Shown piece by piece: positions 53,725 to 64,000 of a DNA stretch of 64,000 nucleotides. The DNA is taken from contig OZ193909.1 in assembly GCA_964276515.1 (NCBI GenBank), positions 20,026,001 to 20,090,000 on the forward strand, in the 5' to 3' direction. This stretch comes from Gordius albopunctatus. Taxonomy: Eukaryota. The position numbers and the translations under genes are program-made. Numbering within the stretch: the stretch's first letter is position 1; every line of letters starts with the position of its first letter. The notes beneath the pieces are model-generated. The model worked only from the letters and a program-made list of their open reading frames with translations, was not told the origin of the DNA and ran no database searches.

Positions 53725-54142
53725 GGTGGATTTAATGGTATAGAATATTACCATATGAAACATATGACATGAGCGGTCTATGTGGTCTATAATCATAGTC
53801 TTCCTATCCAAAAATTAAAGGAATATACATATTTATTGACATAGATAATGATTTTGTCACCTTATCTCTTTATCTTTGAGCCTATGACCAATGTATATTA
53901 GGTTTGATATAAAAAATTTTACAAAAGCTATCCAATATATTTGATAAAATTTTAGTATTTATAAAAAATTGATTGAAGGCCACAAGACATTTATCCACGT
54001 GAGATTCGAGATATTCATGATAGAAAAGAAATAACGTATTAATTTTATAAGTGTTAACTAAAAACAGCAAAAAATTAATATATGTAAGTGTTGGTAAGCA
54101 ATAATAATAACAATATTGACTAGATGACTCCACAGATATTGG

Positions 54143-57100
54143 TTAATTTTTAAATAATATCATGGGACATCCTAGATTAGCTTTTTCTTTAACGTAAGAT
54201 AGCAAGCCATCTTTTAATTGATCCATAGATAGATCCCATATCATGAGTCCAGGCAATAATTTTAGGCAGGCATATTTCATCTTTTAAAATAACTAAATGT
54301 TTTAGGCTTTTTAAATAAATATTTTAAAATTATTGATAAAAATGTACGACTTAATATTATTGTTAAGAGCTGACATAGACTAGATAGACTCCTCATCAAC
54401 TTTAAGTAAGTGTATCTATTTTCCGCCATTTCGCAAATGTACACAAATAAGGGTAGGACATATAGATTTTAGTGATTTTGGTTAGTTAAAGTGTTTTTAA
54501 AACGTAATAAAAAATATTGAGTTAAACATTAAAAGCATCATTTTTACATGTATGTCATTTGCAAAGTTGATAAAAAAATACTGTGATGATGGGATGTTAA
54601 GATTTAATTAATAATTACATTTATTACCATTCTTTTCTATTTATTAACTAGTGAGCAAGGGAAATTCGCTTTGTGCTGCTTTAACAATTATTTACATTGT
54701 AGAAAGAGATGGGAAATAGTTAAATTCATAATGGAGGATTTGATGGTACACATCTTACCATTGAAACATATATGACATGAGCAGTCTGTGTAGTCTATGA
54801 TGATATTAGAATTAAAAAATATATTTACCTTATAATTCAAACTTTGTTTATTGTCATAACTGACCCATTGATTTCCACTAAAAGCATATGGAACTTTGGC
54901 TACATTGTCCCATAACTCGTTCCAACCATTATTTTGAATCTAACGATTATTTAAATGGGGCTTAACTCAAAATATACATAAAATATATGTTTTCATTAAA
55001 ATCCTTGATTTTCATAAACACTTCCATTTCAACTTGGCCCCATGAAATACCTTTTTAAAGCTGTGCATGGGAGTAGCCAGGGGCTAGCACGTAGGAGCGA
55101 CTGCCACCTCTAAATCCAAAGATTCTTCACAATACATTAAAATTAGGGCTAAAATTTCAAAAAATCCTCATTATTGCCCCTCTCTAGATCTAATCCTAGC
55201 TATGCCCATGATCTCATCCGATATATTTGGATGAATTAGTTTGAAACCAAATAAAATTAAAGAATCCATGGGCTTAGCCAAAGGGGGTGGCAGGGAGGGA
55301 TGACTGACCCCCTCGGAATCTAAAACTTTGTGGAAATTTATTACACATAATGACTAAATTTTAAAAAATGATCCTTTTACCAATCCCTTAATCATTATTG
55401 CCCCCCCTCTAATCCCAATGCTGGCTACAGCCAAGAAAATATAGCTAATATTTTTTTATATGTATACCCAAAATTGTTAAAAAATACATATATATTTTGT
55501 GAAGATGTATTAAACAAATACGGTGAGCATTGTAGGTATTTGGGAAGCATTTAGATATAGTAAATAAATTATGTTTCAGATGCTGTTACAAAAAAGGCTG
55601 GGTATGATTTTGGCTCACTAAACATAAACAGGACAAAGGTTTTTTTGCTGTACCTTGGTCTTTTTTATTATATAAGACCTCCGAGCTTAGCCAAAATTTG
55701 AAAATAGACCAGAGTTGACAGTTAGTCTTAATTGAACCTAGTGTTTTCAAATCGGCTCCGTCTTTTTTGGTCGCCCTTAGGGCTTAGTCGGCTAAACATA
55801 TTCACATGGGCGTACCCAGTTTTTGAATTAGGGAGGGGGGGGGGCAAAACGCTTAAAAGTTCATTTAGAGGGGGGCAAAACATAATTTTTTTTCTATTTT
55901 TTCAATGTTTTTGCATTGAAAAATTTTTTTTCTCGCTGCCCCTCCTTTTTGGTCTGCATTTCTTAGTTGCATAAACGAAGCAATTAGTTAAACGTTTGGT
56001 TTGTCTAAGTTTACTTGACTAAAACCAAAGGTCGATCCAACAAAAGTCAGCCGTTTTTAAAATACCAATTTTTTTATATAAATAAATATCTTACTTCATA
56101 ATAAGATAAAAAGCCGACAGATTTTGTATAAGGTCCGGGTAAAGGTTTGGTATAAGGGTCAGCTAAAGAACCTGGAACCGTTTGAGTTGGATCTTTAACA
56201 ACAAAAGTCCGACCGTAAATTCCAAGGCCCAGAATTATTTTTTTATGATTCATCCCTTTTCCAAGCCAATAGTTTATGACATAATTCTGCAATAAAAGTA
56301 ATAAAAATTGTTTTTAAAGTTAGTCATGGGCGTAGCTAGCTTTGGAATTAGAGGGGGGCAAAAATGATTTAGAAAGGGGCAGAATAATATTTTTTTGAAA
56401 TTATAGACATAATTTTGATAAACTTCCACAAATTTTTGGATTTAGATGGGGGCAGCCCCCCCCCCCTTAGCTACGTCCATGAAGTTAGTTATGTGTGATA
56501 AAATACTTATTTTGCAAAATATCAAAATTATAAAAAAAGAGTGGTTATTGATTGGCTCAACTTACGACATTGTATTCAGTGCTGTCAAACAATGGCGCAT
56601 TATGGCCCAATTCCTTGTTCCACAATCCGTGAAAATCGTAAGCCATTATATTGACGTAGTCGAGGTAACTAAATTCAAGATCAGAATATAAAAAACATTT
56701 TAAGATAAATAATTTTTAATATTCAAAATATTAACTTGTTCATAGCTAGCACGTCATAACCTTCGTCTACAGTCTTTATTCCAACTGGAACAGCTGATGT
56801 CAATAAATACCTTTTGATCTGTGAACCATGCTTAAGTTGTAAATTGAGAGCCTTTAATAAAAAAATGGTAACTTAGTAGCTTTATATTACATGGGCGTAG
56901 CCAGGGGGGGGGGCAGGAAGAGGCGGATGCCCCCCTCTAAATCAAAAATTTTTTGTGAAATTAATTAAAATTATGGCTAAAATTTCGAAAAATGATCCTT
57001 TTGGCCCTACTTAAATCATTATTGCCCCCCTCTAATTCAAGAGAGTAGCCAGGATTTGATTTTGTGTAATATAAAAATCTTTACAAAAATTTAACTACAA

Positions 57101-60100
57101 TTTATTAAATATAAAACAATTTTTAGATTTATACAGGGGGGTGGGGGTTGGTGGTGGTTGACTCCCTTGCTTTCCCTATCTACCCTTTTATATGCTGCGC
57201 TCTCTAATTAAACTTTCTTACTAAGATTTATAAACAAATTTAAAAGTCTATAAAATAATACCCAAAAATATATCGTAATTTTACCTTTAAAATAGATATG
57301 TATCCAGTTTTGTCTTCGACATCAGGATATTCCCAATCCAAATCAATGCCATCGAAATCATATTTTTGAAGGAGCACTCTAGCGTTCGTCGCAAATGCCT
57401 GTGTAGCTACTGGATTTAATGCTAATTTTCTAGTAAAATAACAAAATTTTCCTGAATTACTTGATTAATTTTAGCTGCCATTTTTTTAAATGGCTGCAGG
57501 TAAATGAATAATAAAACTTAAAATAAATAATAAGGATGAATTGCCAAACTTGCCTTTTAGTGTTGTAAAAACGGCTATCCAAAGATTTTTTGGTCAAACC
57601 TTATGCGATTAAGAAAAACCATATACTAATAAAACCATAGTAGACTGCCCAGAAATACCTTGTAGTGGTGGTTGAGCTTGTGTACTCTCGTGATCCAAGA
57701 AGATATACCTTTGGTAGCCAAACACAATTTTTATGTTTGTTACTGGTGGGGTCACCCTATTAGCAAGATTCTTGGTGAAGGGTCAGATTAAAATTTCTCG
57801 ACTTTTTGAGGGAGTACTTAGTGAAATGGAAGTGCTAGATTAAGCCTATCAATACGAGTGGTCGAAAGAAAAGTTTAATTCACCAAATCATCATAAAGAA
57901 TAGTAGGTAGTCAAGCGCCAAAATCTAACATAGTTCCGTCAGGCTTGGAAGGCCGGGATATCAATACTCCCTCATTCCATATAAACCAAAATGTATACTA
58001 CAAAAAAGACGCAGAATGAAAACCATAGGGCGTCCCCCTTAAGCGACGCGCGCATTCTTGGCCTGGAATGTGTGGGAAATAAACGAAGGCTACCGCTCTC
58101 TCAACAAACGGAAGCGGTTAAAGACATTAGTTTGCGTAGGATAAAGTTTGGGTCATGGAATATTGGTACAATGACTAGCAAGAGCAGAGAATTGGCAGAC
58201 GTTCTAAGGAGGAGAAACATCGATATCGCGTGTATACAAGAGACCAAATGGAAGGGCCAAAAAGCAAAATACATAGGGGACGGATACAAATTATATTTTT
58301 ACGGTACAGAAACTCACCGGAATGGCGTCGGTACAGTGCTATCGGAAGGATTTCAGCAAACTGTCGTCGACGTTAAGAGAATCAATGACAGAATTATGGC
58401 GATACAGCTTTGTTATAAATCCACTACGATAAACGTTATATCAGCATACGCCCCTCAAAATGGATGCTCTCAGACGGAAAAAGAGTGTTTTTGGAAGGAT
58501 TTTGAAGATGTTCTATCCCAATTCGGTAAAGAGGGACTAATAATTATCGGAGCGGACCTCAATGGACAAGTGGGCAAATCAAGGGGAAGATTTGAAAGAA
58601 ATCACGGTGGTCGGGGTTACGGACTAAGAAATGAAGGAGGTACGGAAATTCTAGAAATTGCTCAAGCTTTTGAAAGTGATCGAAAAATGGCTTTGGAGTT
58701 TGGTTAAAATTCGAGATAACCAATTCGGATTTATTCCGGAGAGGTCTACAGCAGACGCCCTAAACAGAGTTAGAAGATTAATGGAACGGTTTAAAGAAAG
58801 GGAAGAGGATTTGAACATGTGTTTCATCGATCTTGAAAAAGCTTTTGATGAAGTACCTCGTAATTTAGTTTGGAAATGTCTTGAAGAAAACAATGTGCCA
58901 CAAGTATACGTCAGAGCAATAAAAGATATGTACAAGGGAAATAGAACGTACGTTAGAACAACGGTGGGGACTACAAAAGGCTTTGCCATCAACACTGGAG
59001 TTCATCAAGGTTCAGCTCTTAGTCCCTCCTATTCACAATGATAATGGATAATATTACCAAGGATTTGGGCGAGGAAGCTCCTTGGGCAATGATCTTTGCA
59101 GACCATATAATCTTCTGTGCCAAAAGCGAACAAGAATTGGCTAACACTGTAAATAGATGGGTAAATGCAATAGAAGAAAGTGGTCTCAGGGTAAATAGAA
59201 AGAAAACAGAATACATGAAGACAAAGTTTAAATCGGATGAAATCCAGCAAAGAGCATCCCTTAGTTTAGGCGATTGGCAACTTACAAGCGTGGATTCCTT
59301 CAAATATTTAGGATCAAAACTTCAACCGGATGGTGGAATGGATAAAGAAATCCAAGCAAGGATAAATTCTGGATGGCTAAAGTGGAGGGACCTGACAGGT
59401 GTTCTGTGTGACAAAAACATCCCGAGAAAACTATAAGCGCACTGTATAAATCCATCATACAGCCAACAGTCCTGTATATCTCGGAATCATAGGCTATACG
59501 TAAAAGAGAAGAGCAACGTCTTGCAGCCATGCAGATGAGAATGCTAAGATGGGTGCTAGGAGTAAGCAAAAAGGACCATAGGCGAAATGAAGAAATAAGA
59601 AGAATTTTGGGTACTACATCAATTGCAACAAAGCTCCTAACAAATAGACTAAGATGGTATGGCCATGTCGAAAGAAGGGACGATAGCTACGTAGGAAAGA
59701 AAATCGAGTTGATAAATTTCGCAGGAAAACGAAGAAGAGGAAGACCCAAGCTAATCTGGATTCATAAAATATGGCATGATATGAATGTCCACAAGATAAA
59801 GAAAGATCTATGTAAACATAGAAACAACTGGAAACGAATGCTGAAAGGACTGACCACCAGCCTAGGTGACAAGCAGTCATAGAAAGAAGAAGACTGCTGA
59901 ACAGCTGATTCTTACTATTAAAATCATTCAGACACAATAATGGCAGCCATCTTGTTGGAATAACTCAACAACAGGTATATTTATACTTCTCCAAGATATA
60001 ATATTGAAGAAAATAAATAAGACTAATAGCTTAATTTATAATTTAAAAAAATAAGCAAATTAAAACAATAAATTATGCTGAAATCTATTGTTTGATTACA

Positions 60101-61396
60101 ATTTTCCACAAAATGGCGCTTGCTATACAAGCTGAAAAATTATCAGCTGTTTGGCAGTCTATGGTTTTATTATTCTATGAGAAAAACAGACCAAAAAATC
60201 TTTGGCTTGTAGCTATTTAATAGACTTAAACCAAAGGTGAACCCGACAAAACCCAACCGGTTTAACAACATTATTGCCTTTAAAAACTGATTTTTTGCTA
60301 CTTCTAATAAATTAACTAAAAAAATAATCTATCGCCAATTAGAAAAAAAGATAAAGATACAAAAACTGTAAAAAAAATTATTTGTTTTATTTATTTCCAT
60401 ACTTGAAAGCGACTGAGTTGTCTCCGTATCCACCAACGCTCAGCAGTATTTTTACCTTGGGATAATTCGTCTTAAAAGTCAGTAGCGCTGGATAGTCTTC
60501 TAAAATTTTACACATAAGGTGTAAACATGGGCGTAACCAGGAATGGAACTAGAGAGGGCGTGGGGGCCAGTTATGATTGGAGGGGGGGGGAATAACAATT
60601 TTTTGAAATTTTAGCCATAATTATATGAGATTTTAGAGAATTTATGGATTTAGAGCGGGCCTATCCATGGCTGGCTAGGCCCATGGTCAGAAGCCCGGAC
60701 CGGCCTCAGGCCAAATCTAGCTAAAGTGTTTTTAAAATTGTTACTAATCCCTTGGTTGAGCACACTATTTAATGGAGACAAAATATTTTTATGATATGAA
60801 TAAAATTCTTTATAAATTTACAATTCTTGGGTTGGGCATGAGTAAAAAAAAACTCGGGTCTGGCCCGGGTCAAAGAATCATTATGCAGGGCTCTAGGTTT
60901 AAGTCAGTAAGGATAAAAATATGTTGTTAATATTTTTGAGAAAATTTCAACCTGGACAATCATTGATTAAATCTCCAGATTCAGTAGGCTTTAGAAAGGC
61001 GTATATAAGGTGTGTGATTAAGGATCCATTAACACTGGATATGGAATATGTGTATGGTTCACCCCTCCATTTCGCCCAATTTGGATAATAACCGATTACG
61101 AAAAAATTATGTTGTTTCAGTTTCACTTGAAATAATAAAAAATTAAAATATTTAGTTTTTTTTATTAATTTCGATAAAAAAATAATCTTTTTACTACGTT
61201 AATAATATGTGAAATTATTTGTTTTAGATTATTCTATTAATTGTAGTATATATTTTTTGTTTAAAATGATTGACGTGAAAAAACTGGATGCATATAATTA
61301 TGTGTAATAGCACTTACCCCTTATGACATTGTCGCCGTTAATTGCGATTCGGGAAAACCACAGAAAAATAAAAATGCCAGCAAAAAACATCATCAT
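54143..61396 (-). CDS. Secreted GH18 chitinase, catalytic domain only, 9 exons, ~384 aa
   Basis: Exons 61396-61318, 61125-60952, 60499-60403, 57429-57285, 56851-56736, 56668-56566, 56286-56095, 54939-54829, 54280-54143; phase-consistent (1155 nt). Motifs [31 protein letters not shown] (intact DxDxE), MAYDFHG, YGRTF, WVSYDN. Confidence 0.93.
56325..56481. mobile_element. hAT-type MITE family 'CATGGGCGTAGC' with G/C tracts (representative copy); about 20 copies across the window
   Basis: TIR CATGGGCGTAGCTA...TAGCTACGTCCATG; perfect 8-bp TSD AAGTTAGT. Other copies at ~157, 7525, 14960, 24490, 24800, 31313, 33900, 35525, 36120, 38148, 43600, 46654, 50110, 55066, 55268, 56891, 60527, 62821. Confidence 0.9.
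57558..60273. mobile_element. TAGTGTTG MITE split by a second hAT-type MITE (57620-60179), in chitinase intron 3
   Basis: Outer TSD TTGCCTTT (57550-57557, 60274-60281). Inner element CATATACTAATAAAACCATAG...CTATGGTTTTATTATTCTATG with TSD AGAAAAAC (57612-57619, 60180-60187). Confidence 0.88.
57649..59890 (+). mobile_element. RTE-clade LINE with complete 5'UTR and an internal deletion fusing APE to RT; defective
   Basis: APE ORF 57991-58707 jumps at ~58665 into RT ([29 protein letters not shown]); C-terminus [11 protein letters not shown]; (GAA)n tail; candidate TSD AGACTGC. Confidence 0.93.
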
Positions 61397-62889
61397 GATA
61401 AAGAATTTAAATCCTAACGACGTAATTTTGGTTAACAAATGCAAAATAAGTTTTTTTACTCCAGAAATTTCTGCTCCGTTTCTCCATACAATTAAAGTCG
61501 TAATCTGTGCTCAAGCCTGCCTCAAGGTTTTTTTACAAGAAGCTTTCGCTATGTAGTGTTATTATTGTGTTTGACCTTTTTAAGAGATCAACACTCTTTC
61601 ATTTTCATTTTCTTACAAAATTCATGTTTAACAAACCTTTGGATTTTGACAATTATAAAAAGTAGAAAAAAGCAATTTAAAGTTAATTTATTAATTTAAA
61701 AATTTAACGCTCGTTATTAATGACATCAAGGCCCTTGCAGATTCCTATTAGAGGGGAGCAAAAAAATTTAATATAAAGGTCTTACATAGACATACATTCT
61801 TATTAGTGTCAAAATATACATCATTAATAATGAATGATGCTTAAAATACTATACAATTAACCTGTGCTTTTTATAAAAATAGATGAGACTTTAAAATAGC
61901 TTCGTCAGTTTTTAATGATTTTGGGAGGAACTTTGAAACCAAATTGTATGAAATTTCTTTTGCATTTATTGATGTGGGGGAAGGGGGCCCTCTTGCCTCC
62001 CATTGGATGCTCCTCCATGAGGTAAATCAAATTGGACTAGAGTTTTTAAATAAAAAACTCCTAACATCAGCACTCTAGGGGTCACACAGACCCCGGTCAG
62101 ACAGTTTCGGGGTTAATATCTGATTGTATGCTAGGCGGATTTGAGTTTTTATTTTAAATTTTTTTTGGGTAACTTGAAAAAGTCCTTATTAAAACCAGGC
62201 AAGGACACTTTTTATAAAGTCTCCTCTTTTGCACGAAGTGAAAGCCATTTAATCCGCAAACATAAAATAAATAATAAATTTGGGGTCGAGTTCACCAAAT
62301 GTAATTATGCTCGCGGGAAATATGATTAATTACATTAATCAAATATATTTATAAATAATGAAACTTAAGGCTTTTAAATTGACTGATATTCGTATTGTAT
62401 TCGTTTGTTTAGACGCGTTAAAATCTATATATCTAAAATGCCAAAAATAATTCAAAAACGAGGATTATAGAGCTGAAAGAAGATAAATTAGGATCATAGA
62501 AAATCTAATTTAAAGGTTTACCTAAAAGATGTCAATGTAATTTAAGCCAAAATTTATTGTAGTCGGTCACTTATAACAAATGACTTTTTATAATAAAAAG
62601 ATATTGCCACGAACCAGAAGCAAATTTTGTAGCGAGCTCCTCCACAAATGAAATATCATTTTAGACGGCTTAACGAGAAAATAGACTGCAAAATTTACCT
62701 AGGTAATGCTATTGAGGCTATAAAGGTTAATACTTTAGTTATTTATAAAACTAACTTGGCAGGGACGGGATTAAAAAACTAATTTTATATCCACGGAACA
62801 TATCTTGGGTTAGTAAAATACAGGGGCCTAGCCAGGGGGAGGCAAAGATAGGCGGCTGCCCCCCTCTAAATTCAAAAATACCTTTTAAA

Positions 62890-63520
62890 TCTTATATATA
62901 AAAATGAAACTATGTGTGGTGTATGTGTGTGTGTATGCCGCCACCAATTTTGCAAAAGTACCACACCGATTTGGCTAAAATTTTCACACTTTATTCCCCA
63001 CACTTCGGAGCATGTTTTAAGATTTGTTTGAGCCAAATCGGTCCAGTAGTTTTTGAGTTTGTTTTATACGTTTTGACGTTTAATAAAATGTCAATCAAAC
63101 GCAACCTCATGACGTACTGCGTATCTTTCGGGCTAGTTTATTAATTAGGATAAAGTATAATTACTTTATTGTATAATATAAATTAAATCGTTGTAAGAAA
63201 AGTAAGTGAGTAATAAGAGTTTTAAACTCCTTTTATATACTCGTGAATTAATTGAATAAATCAATCAAGTTTAGTGGTGTCTCCGCGAGGTATAAATAAA
63301 TCAATTACGCGAGGTATAAATAAATCAATTTAGTGGTGAATCCGCAAGGTATGCTTGATTGGTCGTGAAGTAGTAAGGTAATGTAAATGAGACAATTACG
63401 TTAATTGACGCAACACCTCCGCGAGGTATAGGACGCAACACCACATATCTATCGTGTTCTTTGAAAATTTGAATATACAGTTCTTTGGTAAAAGTGTATC
63501 ATCACTTATAGTATTTTCTA
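62890..63520 (+). mobile_element. Non-autonomous Helitron fragment interrupted by a solo LTR
   Basis: A|TCTTATATATAAAAATGAAAC...(GT)-rich start typical of Helitron 5' ends. After the LTR, catcacttatagtattttctaga matches sequence just upstream of the Helitron 3' end at ~42015-42035. Confidence 0.65.
63126..63445 (-). mobile_element. Solo LTR of the TRIM family
   Basis: Plus-strand TTTCGGGCT...GCAACACCACA, homologous to the 280-bp LTRs with extra internal repeats; 4-bp TSD TATC (63122-63125, 63446-63449). Confidence 0.9.
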
Positions 63521-64000
63521 GACCGTCATGCGTGTAGGGGAGTGTAGTGTGATAAATGCAGTAGGCACGTGCTCCGGAAAATGGAAACTTTTTACAATTT
63601 GAAACATTAAATCAAAGTCATTTTTTTGCTTATTTTTCACTTCAATCATTATTATAGGACGGTCGTGTCCCCACGTGCGTGGCTAAATAAATAAAAAAAT
63701 CTCATTTTATCATTTTTTGCGCGTTAAATAAGGATAAAAATGAAAATACTTTCAACAAAGTGCCAATAAATGTTGATATATCTCAGTTCTTCGGACATTA
63801 TTAAGTTCAGAATTAAGAGTTTTATTCAGAAACGAATAATTATAATTGTTTCTTAATTTTTTTTCAATCAGAGTTTATTTCCAAATAATTATGTATGTTA
63901 TATGCAAAAATATATAAAATTAATAGGCTGGCATTGAGCCATGGATTGAGATTGTATTCGATTTTCATGGTGATTTTCTGCTTGATGTAGAAAAATTCTT

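Noticed and set aside
54829..54870. Suspected frameshift in chitinase exon 8
   Set aside because: Careful re-reading gives [11 protein letters not shown] in frame; the gene appears intact.
63126..63137. CGGGCTAG|T as the 3' end of the Helitron starting at 62890
   Set aside because: It is the terminus of the solo LTR (TATC TSD on both sides), and Helitron-like sequence resumes after 63449.

Overview
AT-rich, intron-containing invertebrate (metazoan) genomic DNA; no species can be assigned from the sequence alone, and I saw no prokaryotic features, rRNA, tRNA or CRISPR. I reconstructed seven host genes by hand from GT-AG junctions and reading-frame phase. They are the last exon of Rho1/RhoA (+), a 14-exon LMBR1/LMBR1L-family gene (-), a 3-exon Yae1-like gene (-), a 6-exon LRR-Ig-FN3-TM receptor (+), an intronless atypical class-A GPCR (+), a 3-exon secreted 12-Cys single IGFBP-domain protein missed by the ORF track (+), and a 9-exon GH18 chitinase (-). 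The rest is dense with transposable elements: three APE-type LINEs (two RTE), two CRE-clade RLE retrotransposon fragments, Helitrons, a pogo-like deletion derivative and many hAT/Tourist/Tc1-type MITEs, often nested. Two signals stand out. First, a miniature non-coding LTR retroelement (TRIM) family has non-canonical TGT...CGAAA termini, confirmed by 4-bp TSDs at three independent insertions, plus a tRNA-Trp PBS. Second, a structured ~360-bp 5'UTR module is ~96-97% identical between two RTE LINEs whose proteins are only roughly 55% identical, pointing to 5' module swapping and a possible functional RNA. All alignments and counts were done by eye.
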